Positions 11,476 to 21,984 of a stretch of 64,000 bases of DNA are shown piece after piece. The DNA is from Treponemataceae bacterium (lineage in GTDB: Bacteria > Spirochaetota > Spirochaetia > Treponematales > Rectinemataceae). Position 1 is the first letter of the stretch. Every line of letters begins with the position of its first letter. Position numbers and translations under genes: made by a program. Under the pieces are notes generated by a model. It had not been told where the DNA came from and did no database searches. It worked only from the letters and a program-made list of their open reading frames with translations. The stretch lies in assembly GCA_963667725.2 (NCBI GenBank), contig CAXXHO010000005.1:352001-416000 (forward strand), written 5' to 3'.

Positions 11476-12363
11476 ATGAACGCATGCGATTCGGATTACG
11501 CCCGCGTCGAAGCGGCGATCAAGTACATAGAAGAACGGGCCACCGCCCAACCTTCGCTCGAGGAAGTGGCCGGCCGAATAGGCCTCAGCACCTACCATTT
11601 CCAGAGACTCTTCACGCGTTGGGCTGGAGTCAGCCCCAAGCGTTTTCTCCAATACATTACGGTGGAGGCGGCCAAAAAGCTTCTGGATGAGTCCGCCTCG
11701 GTGCTGGACACGGCTCTCGACGTCGGTTTGAGCGGTCCTTCGAGGCTTCATGATCTTTTTATAAGCGCCGAAGCCGTTACGCCAGGCGAATTCAAGCGCT
11801 CGGGGGAAGGCCTCGAAATCCGCTATTGCGTCCGTCCGACAATTTTCGGCGATTGCCTCGTCGCCGCCAGTCCCCGGGGACTTTGCGCCGTGGAATTCCT
11901 GGACGTGGCCGACCCGCGCGCCGCGCCGGCCGCCCTCGAAACCCTCAAGCGTCGCTGGAACAAAGCCACCTTCGTGGAAGATCCCACCGCCGGCAAGGCG
12001 GCGCTGGACCTCCTGACCCCCGGCGCGACGCTTTCATCCAGCCAGCCGCTCGCGCTTCACCTAAAAGGAAGCAATTTCCAGCTCAAGGTCTGGCAAGCCC
12101 TCCTCGCCATCCCGGACGGCCATCTCATTTCCTACAGCCAGCTTGCCGAGAAAATCGGCGCCCCCGGCGCGGCGCGAGCGGTAGGCACAGCCCTCGGCCA
12201 GAACCCCATCGCCTTCATCATACCCTGCCACAGGGTGCTGCGCGCTTCCGGCGAGATCGGCGGCTACAAGTGGGGCATCGAGAGGAAAAAAGCCATCATC
12301 GCCTTTGAAGCCACGGCTCTCTCCGCCGCGCGCCGCCGTCAGAACCCTGCGCCGGAAAAGTGA
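11476..12363 (+). CDS. ada: Bifunctional AraC-HTH / O6-methylguanine-DNA methyltransferase (Ada-like)
   Basis: YHFQRLFTRWAGVSPK HTH and IPCHRV active site. Confidence 0.88.
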   Translation: MNACDSDYARVEAAIKYIEERATAQPSLEEVAGRIGLSTYHFQRLFTRWAGVSPKRFLQYITVEAAKKLLDESASVLDTALDVGLSGPSRLHDLFISAEAVTPGEFKRSGEGLEIRYCVRPTIFGDCLVAASPRGLCAVEFLDVADPRAAPAALETLKRRWNKATFVEDPTAGKAALDLLTPGATLSSSQPLALHLKGSNFQLKVWQALLAIPDGHLISYSQLAEKIGAPGAARAVGTALGQNPIAFIIPCHRVLRASGEIGGYKWGIERKKAIIAFEATALSAARRRQNPAPEK

Positions 12364-12382
12364 TAAATTCGAAATGTTTCTA

Positions 12383-12411
12383 TTGACAGATACGGTTTCT
12401 ATAAATAGAAT
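12383..12411 (+). promoter_or_regulatory. Sigma70-type promoter of the ECF operon
   Basis: TTGACA-N17-TAGAAT. Confidence 0.7.
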
Positions 12412-12455
12412 CGTTTCATCTTTCCGAAAATGAAGCCCAAAAGGAGCGCTCGTCC

Positions 12456-13010
12456 ATGACTACCACGAAAAAGCGAATGTCCACGCAGGATCTCGTTTTA
12501 ACCGGAATTCTTCTCGCTGCGGGTACCGTTATCAAGGCGGTTTTCCCCAAGCTGCCGGTTACACCCAACTTTATCATCTCCATGTATTGCCTGGCCGTCC
12601 TGCTCGTTCGCCCGAACTTGATGGAAGCGATCGGCATCGGCGTGGTGTCGGCCATACTTGCTCAGCTCACCACAGGCGCGGCAGTCCCCTTCATCAACTT
12701 CGCTGCTGAGCCCGTCGCGATCGCCGCCTGCTTTTATCTTGCCAAAATACCCTTCGGAAAGGGCATCGCGGGAAGAATCCTTCGCCCCGCCTTCGTCACC
12801 TTCGCCACCACCTTCGTTTCCGGTTCGATATTCGTTCTCATCCTTTCGGCTGTTCTCCTCAGCAGAGGATCGAGCGCGAAGTATGTCATGATCTACAGTG
12901 TCGTGCTCCCTACCGCCGCCGCCAACATGGTCATCGCCGCGCTTTGCTACGCGCCGCTCAGAAAGGTCCTGAAACTTTCGGACGATGACCAGGCAAAGGC
13001 GGCGGCGTGA
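12456..13010 (+). CDS. ECF transporter S component (TrpP-like)
   Basis: Hydrophobic 184 aa protein with PNFIISMY motif, first gene of an ecfA-ecfA'-ecfT operon. Confidence 0.7.
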   Translation: MTTTKKRMSTQDLVLTGILLAAGTVIKAVFPKLPVTPNFIISMYCLAVLLVRPNLMEAIGIGVVSAILAQLTTGAAVPFINFAAEPVAIAACFYLAKIPFGKGIAGRILRPAFVTFATTFVSGSIFVLILSAVLLSRGSSAKYVMIYSVVLPTAAANMVIAALCYAPLRKVLKLSDDDQAKAAA

Positions 13011-13918
13011 GCGCAGCAAGTCCGGACCGCGAAGTCGGGACATCAGGGGCTCCCATAGTCAGCCTCGAGAACTTCGGTTTTACCTATCCGAACGCCGCCG
13101 CCCCAGCCCTTTCTCGCATAAGTCTCTCGGTGGCGCCAGGAGAATTCGTCGGCATAACCGGCGAAGAAGGCTCGGGGCGAACCACCCTTTTTCGCGCCCT
13201 CAACGGCAGCGCGGTTCGTCACTACAAGGGCAGCCGGACTGGACAAGCCATTATCGGTGGCCTGGATGCGTGCACTGCCGGACACGCGACCATCGGGGCT
13301 TTCACCGCCTCGATTTTCGACGATCCCGATTCCCAGATCGTCAGCCTTACCGCTGGCGAGGAAGTCGGTTTCTCGCTCGCCCAAAGAGGTTTCTCCCAGG
13401 CGGCCATAAGGGAACGCGTCGAGAAAGCCCTCGCCGAAGTCGGGCTTTCCGGTTTCTCGCGCCGCTCCACTTCTTCGCTCTCGGGCGGACAGAAACAGCG
13501 CCTCATAGCCGCCGCCGCGCTGGCGCTCGAACCCACTCTCATCCTCCTCGACGAAAGCACCTCAGCCCTCGACCCGCGGGGAAAACGCGAATTCTACGAT
13601 CTCCTCGACCGTCTCCGCCGGGAGAATAATGTCGCCATCATCGCTATAGAACGGGACCTCGAGCTTCTCATGGAACGGGCGGACCGCATCGTCGTTCTCC
13701 ATGAAGGGTACGTGCTTCTGGATGGAAAACCGCGCGATATGGCTTCTTCGAGACATATCCTGAGAACGGCCGGGCTCCGTCTCCCCGCATGGATGGAGAC
13801 TGTCGAAATCCTGAAATCTCAAGGTTGGCTGGAAGGTAAAGCGCCGGAATCCGAGGCCGAAGCTGTCGCGCTCATCGCGGAACTTCTGGAAAGCGTTGAG
13901 GGAGCGATGGCATCATGA
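13007..13918 (+). CDS. ecfA: ECF transporter ATPase
   Basis: GEEGSGRT (variant Walker A), LSGGQKQR, LLDES. Confidence 0.8.
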   Translation: MSAASPDREVGTSGAPIVSLENFGFTYPNAAAPALSRISLSVAPGEFVGITGEEGSGRTTLFRALNGSAVRHYKGSRTGQAIIGGLDACTAGHATIGAFTASIFDDPDSQIVSLTAGEEVGFSLAQRGFSQAAIRERVEKALAEVGLSGFSRRSTSSLSGGQKQRLIAAAALALEPTLILLDESTSALDPRGKREFYDLLDRLRRENNVAIIAIERDLELLMERADRIVVLHEGYVLLDGKPRDMASSRHILRTAGLRLPAWMETVEILKSQGWLEGKAPESEAEAVALIAELLESVEGAMAS

Positions 13919-14745
13919 ATGAGCTGATTAGGATACAGGGACTTCATTCCAGGATGAACAGCGTGGAGATATTGAAAGGCATCGACCTTTCCGTTAACTC
14001 GGGAGAATCCCTCGCGCTGGTGGGACCGAACGGAGCGGGGAAGACGACACTCCTGCGTCATCTCAATGGGCTTCTCAAGCCAAGCGCCGGTACGGTTATC
14101 GTGGACGGAATGGATACGCGCCGCGCAGGAGCCAGCCGGTTCGCGCGCCTCGTGGGATTTCTTTTTCAGAATCCCGACCATCAGATAATCGCCGGCAGCG
14201 TAAGGGCCGAGATCGAATTCGGGCTTGTGCATACCGGCATCGCCCGCGACGAACACCGCGACCGTGTCGCCAGCGCGTCCGCCTCGCTCGGCCTTTCTAA
14301 ATATCTGGACGCCGATCCCTTTTCCCTCTCGCGCGCGCTTCGTCAACGCGTCGCCCTGGCTTCAGTGCTCGCCCTATCGCCGAAGGTTCTCGTCTTGGAT
14401 GAACCGACTTCTTCGCAGGACGAGCGCGGCGCCGAGCTGATCATGAAAGTAGCGGAATCGCTCAACGCTTCAGGGACGACGATCATTCTGGTAAGCCACG
14501 ACATGGAACTCATAGCGCGATTCTCCAAGCGGGTCATCGTCCTCGTCGAAGGGGAAGTGGAAGCCGATCGCGAAGTACATGCCACATTCCGCGATGAGCG
14601 ACTGCTCATGAAAGCCGGCCTATCGACTCTAGGTGCTTACCGCATGGCTTCGGCGCTCGGCATCGCATTCGAAAAAAGCCAGCCGCTTACGGCAGCAACC
14701 CTCGCTGGCCGCCTCGGCTCAATGCTCGCGGGGGCAAACACATGA
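13915..14745 (+). CDS. ecfA2: ECF transporter ATPase 2
   Basis: GPNGAGKT, FQNPDHQ, LDEPT. Confidence 0.85.
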   Translation: MNELIRIQGLHSRMNSVEILKGIDLSVNSGESLALVGPNGAGKTTLLRHLNGLLKPSAGTVIVDGMDTRRAGASRFARLVGFLFQNPDHQIIAGSVRAEIEFGLVHTGIARDEHRDRVASASASLGLSKYLDADPFSLSRALRQRVALASVLALSPKVLVLDEPTSSQDERGAELIMKVAESLNASGTTIILVSHDMELIARFSKRVIVLVEGEVEADREVHATFRDERLLMKAGLSTLGAYRMASALGIAFEKSQPLTAATLAGRLGSMLAGANT

Positions 14746-15491
14746 AAAAGCTGCGCGACTATTCGCCCCTGGCGAAATTCATCCTGATGCTCTCGGTCAT
14801 AGCGAGCGCGTATCTGACCGACTCCTTGTACATTCTTTTTTCGCTCATCGTTCTCCAGGGATTCGCGGCTTCGCGCGAAGGAGCCTGGAGAACCTACGGC
14901 AAGACCATGCTTGCCTTGACAGTCGGCGCGCTCACGCTCACCCTCTTCCAGATATTCAGCATCGATGAAGGAACAACGGTTTTCACGCTGATACCGTCAC
15001 TCGGCATAGGCAGCGTGACTGATTTGGGCATACACGACAGTCTCATGATGTCTGTCCGTATGATGGCGTCGGTGGGAGTCATACCGCTCATGGTGGCGCT
15101 CACGCCGTCGCCGCAGATAATCTCGCTGGTATCGGGAACCTTCGGTCTCTCCCCATCCTATACATGCGTACTCATCACCGCCCTGCGTTTCATCCCCACC
15201 TTCGGCGAGCGGATGGGCAAGGTAATGCAGGCCGAAGCCTGTCGCGGATACCGCGCCGACACGGCTAATCCTTTCCGAAAAATCGGCATGATATTGCGCC
15301 TCTCCCTGCCGCTTCTCGTCACCTGCGTCCGCGACGTGGACAGCCTCACGCTCTCCCTCGAAGCGCGGGGCTTCGATCCGGAATCGAAAACGAAACCAGA
15401 ACGCATCAAACCTCAAAGCATAGAGTATGTAGCGCTCGTCATTGCCCTGCTTGCCGTCGCGTCGCTCGCGGCAGGACGCCTGATCGGCTGA
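14742..15491 (+). CDS. ecfT: ECF transporter T component
   Basis: ALRFIP, ACRG and EARGF motifs. Confidence 0.88.
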   Translation: MKKLRDYSPLAKFILMLSVIASAYLTDSLYILFSLIVLQGFAASREGAWRTYGKTMLALTVGALTLTLFQIFSIDEGTTVFTLIPSLGIGSVTDLGIHDSLMMSVRMMASVGVIPLMVALTPSPQIISLVSGTFGLSPSYTCVLITALRFIPTFGERMGKVMQAEACRGYRADTANPFRKIGMILRLSLPLLVTCVRDVDSLTLSLEARGFDPESKTKPERIKPQSIEYVALVIALLAVASLAAGRLIG

Positions 15492-15496
15492 ACGCC

Positions 15497-16720
15497 TTAT
15501 CGCACGGACGCCCGATCGCCCGCCCTTCCCTCCGCCAATCTCGAGGCGAGAAAAACGGAAAAGGACAAAAGCCCGGCCGAGGCCGCGAGCGACGCGGTAA
15601 AAGACCCCGTCGCCGCGTTGAGCGCTTCCATCGCGTACACGAGCAGAACAGAAGCCTGCCCCGCCAGAGAGACAAGGCCGTTGGAGCTGCCTTCGGGAGT
15701 GGGCCTCGCCACTTCGGCGGCATACTGCATGCCTACCGGATTCACCGCTATCAGGAAAAAGCCCAGAACGAAGCACGAGACGGCAATGAGCGCATAACCT
15801 TGAGCGAAAGCAAGCCCGAGAAGACCCGGCACCGCCCCGATCAAGCCGATCACGATAAAAGGCTTTCTTTTTCCTGAACGATCCGATAAAGCCGGAATGA
15901 TCACCGCGCCGACAAGCCCGCCAGCCAGCATTATGGCGCCCAAAATGCCGGCGGCCGTCGATTCTATGCCTCGCGGCCTCACGATCGCCTCTACCCAAGT
16001 CGTCACGCCGTTGAAAATACCCATCCCGATGAAAGATATGGCGAGAAAGCGGAGAAACGACCCGCTCCGCAGCGCATGCCTGAGTCCTTCCACCATGAAG
16101 GCCCGCTCGCGGGAGGCCGATTCGTCCGGAGGCAGGGCCGGCTTCTCCCTCGCCACCAGAATGTAAATCGCCGCCGCAGCCGCCGCGGCTCCTCCATACA
16201 CGAACTGAACGCTCGCGATATCCATCGCCTCGGCCAGAATAGGCGTGACCACCAACCCCACCGCCGTACCCGCGATGCTCGCTATGGTGATGAGCCCTAC
16301 GGCCGTCGCCCGCTCGCGCGCGGGGAACCAAGCGGCCGGCATTTTTGTCCACGCATTGAGAAGAAGCGGCTGGGCCGCGGCTATTCCGCAGGTCGCCGTG
16401 AGCGCTGCCGCATAACTCTGCCCCGCGCTCCCGCGCAGCAGGCCAAAAACACCCACCGCGACGGATCCCGCCCCCACGACGCGCGCGAATCCGAATCGGT
16501 CGATGAGCCAGGAAGCGGGAATGGAGAGCGGCAGGAAAGCCAGCATGAATGACATCGCGAAGAAGCCGACGGCGAGTTCGGACACGCCGTAATAGGAAGC
16601 CGAAGCGCTCGTGATGGGCGAATAGGCGATCCACAGCGCCTGGATGGTCACGTTCACGAGCATCGTCGCCCCAAGTATCGCCCACCTATAAGGGTAGACG
16701 GAATATTTTACTTCGCTCAC
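15497..16720 (-). CDS. MFS transporter
   Basis: About 12 TM helices, WLIDRFG, WFPARERATA, LSDRSGKRK. Confidence 0.88.
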   Translation of the reverse strand: MSEVKYSVYPYRWAILGATMLVNVTIQALWIAYSPITSASASYYGVSELAVGFFAMSFMLAFLPLSIPASWLIDRFGFARVVGAGSVAVGVFGLLRGSAGQSYAAALTATCGIAAAQPLLLNAWTKMPAAWFPARERATAVGLITIASIAGTAVGLVVTPILAEAMDIASVQFVYGGAAAAAAAIYILVAREKPALPPDESASRERAFMVEGLRHALRSGSFLRFLAISFIGMGIFNGVTTWVEAIVRPRGIESTAAGILGAIMLAGGLVGAVIIPALSDRSGKRKPFIVIGLIGAVPGLLGLAFAQGYALIAVSCFVLGFFLIAVNPVGMQYAAEVARPTPEGSSNGLVSLAGQASVLLVYAMEALNAATGSFTASLAASAGLLSFSVFLASRLAEGRAGDRASVR

Positions 16721-16753
16721 GCTATGCGCTCCTTAAATTCAGGCTCAAATTGG

Positions 16754-17464
16754 CTATAGTATCTTCATGATATCTTTAAGGCGCCTAACTTCGTAGGTCG
16801 GCGCGATGTCCGTATTATTGACGGCTTCCGAAAGGTTCACCCAGCATGTGTCCATCCCGTAGTTCGCGCCGCCAGCGACGTCCGAACTCAGCGAATCGCC
16901 AACCATGATCATTCCGCTTTTGTCGTGGAAGCCGAGCGAGCTGCAGGCATAATCGAAAATGCCGGCGCTGGGCTTGCTGCTGCCGGCCTCCTCGGAGATG
17001 ACGATGCTTTCAAAGTAGCGCCGAATCGGCGAATTGTCGAACCTGGACCGCTGTACTTTTTTTATGCCGTTCGTGACAATAGCCAACCGGTACTTTCCCG
17101 CCAGATATTCGCACAGTTCCTCCGCGCCATCCAGGAGAAAGCCGCCCTTTCCCAGCCAGTCAAGATATGCATCGGAAAAAAGCCCTTCGTCGAGATATAC
17201 CCCTACCTTCTGGAACAGAAGCCTGAAGCGCTCAATCTTGAGCGTGGCCTGATCCGTCTCACCGCGCTCGAACTTCTTCCATAAACCTTTATTAATTTCG
17301 TCATAATCGCGAACGATGTCGCTCGTCGCTTCCAATCCGAACTGCTCGAAGGCGCCGGCGAGGGCAAAAGCCTCGGCCTTCCCAAAATCGAAAATGGTTT
17401 CGTCCGCATCCATGTATACAAGCTCGTACCGTTTCAAAGCGCCTTCCTTTTCCCAAGAAGCCAT
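16754..17464 (-). CDS. yjjG: YjjG-family HAD nucleotidase
   Basis: DADETIFDF, TNG, KP, VGDSLSSDVAG. Confidence 0.82.
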   Translation of the reverse strand: MASWEKEGALKRYELVYMDADETIFDFGKAEAFALAGAFEQFGLEATSDIVRDYDEINKGLWKKFERGETDQATLKIERFRLLFQKVGVYLDEGLFSDAYLDWLGKGGFLLDGAEELCEYLAGKYRLAIVTNGIKKVQRSRFDNSPIRRYFESIVISEEAGSSKPSAGIFDYACSSLGFHDKSGMIMVGDSLSSDVAGGANYGMDTCWVNLSEAVNNTDIAPTYEVRRLKDIMKIL

Positions 17465-17589
17465 TCTACTTCAGAAAACACTGAATACAAATCCTTTCTT
17501 CGTTGACTTGCAAAGAATACAATTCTAGTATGGATTTCATGGTGATCCGTATCGATCACAGGAATAATTCAACAATAGGAGCGCAATCG

Positions 17590-18837
17590 ATGAGCCTCAA
17601 ACGTTCTCTCCTGATTTTCATCGCCCTGGTCAGCCTTCTGGCCGCCCCTGCCTTCGCCCAAGGCAAAGCGGGAATCGACGCGACAATAGCCGCCATAAGG
17701 CCGCAAGTGATTCAAATCGCCGATTATATCCATGAAAACCCCGAATCGGGCAACAAGGAATTCAAGGCTGTGGCGCTGCTCACGAAAACCCTGGCCGAAA
17801 ACGGCTTTGTCATCGAAATGCCGGTAGCCGGCCTCGAGACCGCTTTCGTCGCCACCTACAAGAACGCAGGCGGCGGCCCCGCCATTTCCTTCATGGCCGA
17901 ATATGACGCCCTCGACGGCCTCGGCCACGGCTGCGGCCACAATCTCATCGCGGCATCCTGCACGGGCGCCGCCATCGCGCTCTCCAAAAACCTGGGCGAC
18001 ATACCCGCCACCGTTATCGTCTTCGGCTGCCCCGCCGAGGAAACCACCAGCGGCAAAATCGCCATGGCCAACGCGGGACTCTTCGAAAGAGCCGATGTCG
18101 GCCTTCAGATGCACCCCGGTTCAAACACAGCAAACGTTGGAGCCTACACCCTGGCGCTCAACCTTGTCGATTTCACCTTCGACGGCAAGGCAAGCCATGC
18201 GGCCACCAGTCCCGAACTCGGCCGAAGCGCCCTGGATGGCGTCATGATGCTGTTCAACGGCATCGAATATCTCCGCGAACACGTCAGGCAGGACATCCGC
18301 ATCCAAGGCATCGTGACCAACGGCGGCCAGGCGGCCAACATCGTTCCCGAAAAAGCCGCCGCCCGCTACTATGTCCGCGGCTTGCAGCGCCCCTATCTCG
18401 ACAGCGTCGTCGAGAGAGTCTACGCGGTAGCCAAAGGCGCCGCTATGGCAACCGGCACCACCGTCACGATCTCCCCGATCAAACAGTACGACAACGTCGT
18501 CAACGTCTCTTCTTTCATGGACCTTATCCAGAATGAGAGCAAAGCCGCGGGCTTCGCCGAAATGCCGAAACCCGATTTCAACGGCGGCGCGGGCGGCTCG
18601 ACCGATTTCGGCACAGCCTCGTCGCGCATCCCTTGCGTCATGTTCTCGCTTCCCGTCTCCACTCAGCCGACAGCCGGACATTCAAGGGACATGGTCGCGG
18701 CCACCTTCTCCCCGATAGGCAGGGAATCAGCCGTCAAGGCTGCCGACATCATGGCCAAAGCCGGCTACGAACTCATCGTAAACCCTGCCCTTCTCGCCAA
18801 GATCAAGGCCGAATGGAAAATAGCCGCAGGCAAATGA
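17590..18837 (+). CDS. M20 family amidohydrolase (Acy1L2/AbgB-like) with signal peptide
   Basis: AEYDAL, HGCGHN, PAEE, GSTD. Start at ATG 17590 after AGGAG; N-terminus ends in AFA-Q. Confidence 0.85.
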   Translation: MSLKRSLLIFIALVSLLAAPAFAQGKAGIDATIAAIRPQVIQIADYIHENPESGNKEFKAVALLTKTLAENGFVIEMPVAGLETAFVATYKNAGGGPAISFMAEYDALDGLGHGCGHNLIAASCTGAAIALSKNLGDIPATVIVFGCPAEETTSGKIAMANAGLFERADVGLQMHPGSNTANVGAYTLALNLVDFTFDGKASHAATSPELGRSALDGVMMLFNGIEYLREHVRQDIRIQGIVTNGGQAANIVPEKAAARYYVRGLQRPYLDSVVERVYAVAKGAAMATGTTVTISPIKQYDNVVNVSSFMDLIQNESKAAGFAEMPKPDFNGGAGGSTDFGTASSRIPCVMFSLPVSTQPTAGHSRDMVAATFSPIGRESAVKAADIMAKAGYELIVNPALLAKIKAEWKIAAGK

Positions 18838-18902
18838 TAGGTCGATAGCAGAGAATCTGCCCGCGAACCTCCGCGAATGCCGCGAAGCGGATTCAGAAAA
18901 AG

Positions 18903-18945
18903 AAAAGGGACCGTCCCGGAATCACTTCCGGGACGGTCCCTTTTT
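18903..18945. terminator. Bidirectional rho-independent terminator
   Basis: AAAAGGGACCGTCCCGGAA-tcac-TTCCGGGACGGTCCCTTTT between convergent genes. Confidence 0.85.
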
Positions 18946-18982
18946 GTATCGCGGCGATTAGGCTCGATGCCCCGCCCTCTCC

Positions 18983-20719
18983 CTACATCTTCAAACCAGC
19001 CGAAAGATTCGCGTCCTTCGATTTGTTCGTCATGTAGACGATGGCGAAGACGACGAGGAGCAGCATCACCGACAAGGCACTGGCCTCGCCGAGCTGGCCG
19101 TCGGCTACCGCGCCGTAGATCTGAATAGGCACCGTTCTCGTCCTCGCCCCGTACAGGAGGATCGTCGTGCTCAATTCCTGCAGCAGCGTCGAGAACGTGA
19201 GAATCGATCCCGAGATGATGCCGGGAAGAATTAAGGGGACGCTCACGCGGCGAAATGTGTAAATCCAGTGCGCGCCGGCAATCGTGGAAGCTTCCTCAAG
19301 CGAAGGGTTGAGCTGAGTCAGGCTCGCCGCCACGGAACGGTAGACGTAGGGCGTCCGTCGCACCATGTAAGCGATGATGATGATGGTGTATGTCCCGCCG
19401 AGCGGTATGATGCTTTTGCCGCTGAACGCCGAAAGAAGGGCTACCGAGACGACCGTTCCCGGCAGGATGAAAGGCGCCATGACGGCCATGTCCAGGATGC
19501 CCGCTCCTATCGGTTTGCGCCTTTCGGTGATGTAGGCGACGATGCTTCCCAGGATCGCCGTCAGCAAGGTCGCGACAATGGAAAGATACAGCGAGTTCAG
19601 CAGCTCCTTCGGCGAATTTTTCGGAATTCTGCTGTAGTTGGCAAGCGTGAGACCTTCGGGGAGGAGCCCCTGCCATTTTTCGAAGAAGGACATGATTATG
19701 ATGACGATCTGCGGCGCCAGGGAAACCAGAAGGACGATGAAACAATAAAGAGCCGAGAGCGAGCGTACCACGGGATGCTCATTCTGCTTGATATCCACCC
19801 GCGAAGCGGAAATCGTCTCGTACTCATGCCGGCTCACCACGTATTTCTGGAACCAAAGCACGAGACCCGTGATGAGAACATTCACTACAGCTATCGAGGA
19901 CGCGCCGTTAAGGTCCCAGAAGCCATTCACCCTGAAATAGATAAGCGTCGGCAGGACGTACTGATCGCCGCCGATGATGGCCGGTATTCCGAAATTGCCT
20001 ATGGACCTGATGAAGACCAGAAGGGCGGCGGCCCCGATGCTGGGCAGCACGAGGGGAAAAGTGATTGTCCTCAGAATGCGCCAGCGGCTCGCGCCCATCA
20101 GCATCCCCGCGTCCTCCAGGAGAGCGTTGGCCGAGGAAAAGGCGCCGTGGCTGAGGAGGAACACGAAAGGATAGTACGTTAACGTCATGCAGAAAATCAT
20201 GCCGAACATGCCGTAGATCGGCGGCATTTCGATGCCCAGCGGCGAGAGCAGGATATTGATGTAATGTCTCACGAATCCCTGTCTTCCCAGAAGGATGATC
20301 CAGCTGAATGCGCCGATGAAGGAAGGCATAATCACCGGAAGGATGCCCAGCGAGAGCATGAGACGCTTGCCGGGGATTTTTACCCTCGCCACGAAATATC
20401 CCATCGGCACACCGACGAGCAGCGAGAGCGCCGTTACCGATATGCCCACTATGAACGAGTTCCGAAGGCTTTTCTGGTAGAGGGCGCTGGTGAGGAATTT
20501 CTCGAAACCGGAAAAGCCCAAGGCGCCCAGGTTGAACTTGTTGCCCGAACGCATGAAGGCGCGCAGCAAGGTGGTCACGAGAGGCCAGAAGAGAAAGACG
20601 CAGAGGAAGGCCATGGGAATGAGGAAGACCAGGTAGGGCGTCAGATCCTTCTGAAGAAATTTCTTCAGTCCCTTCGCCTCGCCTAGGGATATCGCTTTAT
20701 CCAGTTTTTGCCCTTTCAT
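18983..20719 (-). CDS. Fe3+/thiamine-type ABC permease (FbpB-like, two TM domains)
   Basis: Two EAA loops (LEDAGMLMGA, LEEASTIAGA). Confidence 0.85.
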   Translation of the reverse strand: MKGQKLDKAISLGEAKGLKKFLQKDLTPYLVFLIPMAFLCVFLFWPLVTTLLRAFMRSGNKFNLGALGFSGFEKFLTSALYQKSLRNSFIVGISVTALSLLVGVPMGYFVARVKIPGKRLMLSLGILPVIMPSFIGAFSWIILLGRQGFVRHYINILLSPLGIEMPPIYGMFGMIFCMTLTYYPFVFLLSHGAFSSANALLEDAGMLMGASRWRILRTITFPLVLPSIGAAALLVFIRSIGNFGIPAIIGGDQYVLPTLIYFRVNGFWDLNGASSIAVVNVLITGLVLWFQKYVVSRHEYETISASRVDIKQNEHPVVRSLSALYCFIVLLVSLAPQIVIIIMSFFEKWQGLLPEGLTLANYSRIPKNSPKELLNSLYLSIVATLLTAILGSIVAYITERRKPIGAGILDMAVMAPFILPGTVVSVALLSAFSGKSIIPLGGTYTIIIIAYMVRRTPYVYRSVAASLTQLNPSLEEASTIAGAHWIYTFRRVSVPLILPGIISGSILTFSTLLQELSTTILLYGARTRTVPIQIYGAVADGQLGEASALSVMLLLVVFAIVYMTNKSKDANLSAGLKM

Positions 20720-21843
20720 TCGCTCTTTCCTTCCTCGGGCAGATAAAGCGAGGCCAGCCCATCCTTGATGGTCACGAAAACATGGTCGCCCTCGGCGATC
20801 CCCTGCACCAGGCCTGGCATGTCCACCTCGAAGGACTGCGCCGAAATCGCGCTGTCGACACTTACCTCATAGCGGACGAACTGACCCAGATGCTGGATGA
20901 TATTGACCTTTCCGTCGACGGCGCCTTCGCTCCTTGCCGTGTTTATGGACAACTGCTCGGGCCGCGCTCCCAGCAGGACAGGAGTCCCTATGGCGACAGC
21001 GGCGGGCAGATGGTTGCGGGGTTCGGAAACCTTAACCTCGCCGCCGCCTACAAGCCTAGCCCTCGCGGCTCCCCTCTCCCGCGCGGTCATGCTGGCGTTG
21101 AGGAAGTTCATCTTGCCGATGAAATTCGCCACGAAGGCGCTGTTCGGCCTGTTGTAGAGCTCGTCGGACGTGCCGATCTGCTCGACGATGCCCTTGCGCA
21201 TGACGGCAAGCCTGTCCCCGACGGCCATCGCCTCTTCCTGGTCATGCGTCACGAAAATCGTGGTGATGTGCGTGGCTTTCTGGATGCGTCGAATCTCGGC
21301 GCGCATATAGCGGCGGAGCTTGGCGTCCAGATTGGCGAGCGGCTCGTCCAGGAGGAGGAGGTCAGGATCGTAGACAAGGGCGCGGGCGATCGCCACGCGC
21401 TGCTGCTGTCCGCCCGAGAGGCCGGAAGGGCTCGGATTCCTTCTCAGCTCGTCCATCAGTCCCACGAGTTCCATCACCTCGGTCACCTTCCGCTTGACTT
21501 CGGCTTCGGGCGTCTTGCGGACGCGTAGACCGTAGGCGACATTCTCGAAGATGTTCATGTGCGGATAAAGCGCGAAACTCTGGAACACCATGCCGATATT
21601 CCGCCTGAAGGGCGGTATCGTGGTCATGTCCTTCCCGCCATAAAAAATATGTCCGCTTGAGATCGACTCGAGCCCGGCGGTACTCCTGAGCAAGGTCGTC
21701 TTTCCGCAACCGGAAGGCCCGAGAAGGCAGAACAATTCGCCCGGCTGGATCGTGAAGGAAACCTCGCGCAACGCTTTGACGGGATTCTTCCCCTTCGCGC
21801 CGAAAATCTTGGTGACATCGCGGTAATTAAGATCGAGACTCAT
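20716..21843 (-). CDS. ABC ATP-binding protein (PotA/FbpC-like)
   Basis: GPSGCGKT, VFQSFALYPH, LSGGQQQR. Confidence 0.88.
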   Translation of the reverse strand: MSLDLNYRDVTKIFGAKGKNPVKALREVSFTIQPGELFCLLGPSGCGKTTLLRSTAGLESISSGHIFYGGKDMTTIPPFRRNIGMVFQSFALYPHMNIFENVAYGLRVRKTPEAEVKRKVTEVMELVGLMDELRRNPSPSGLSGGQQQRVAIARALVYDPDLLLLDEPLANLDAKLRRYMRAEIRRIQKATHITTIFVTHDQEEAMAVGDRLAVMRKGIVEQIGTSDELYNRPNSAFVANFIGKMNFLNASMTARERGAARARLVGGGEVKVSEPRNHLPAAVAIGTPVLLGARPEQLSINTARSEGAVDGKVNIIQHLGQFVRYEVSVDSAISAQSFEVDMPGLVQGIAEGDHVFVTIKDGLASLYLPEEGKSE

Positions 21844-21922
21844 ACATTTCCTCTTGGGAGTGGTGTCGTATAAACAGGCATTGGGATTTCACGATACGCG
21901 GGCGCTGTATCCCCAGTCAGAA

Positions 21923-21957
21923 GAATCCATGCCGCCCAAGCGGGACGGCATGGATTC
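21923..21957. terminator. Intercistronic stem-loop after the substrate-binding protein gene
   Basis: GAATCCATGCCG...CGGCATGGATTC inverted repeat. Confidence 0.6.
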
Positions 21958-21984
21958 CCCTCATTCGGAAAAAATTCTAACCGT

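Noticed and set aside
12364..12455. T-box or riboswitch before the ECF S component
   Set aside because: The leader after the promoter is only about 40 nt, too short for such an element.
14997..16685. 562-aa ORF and the many other long alternate-frame ORFs in 1-35 kb
   Set aside because: These are GC-rich shadow frames over well-supported genes and have no recognisable motifs.
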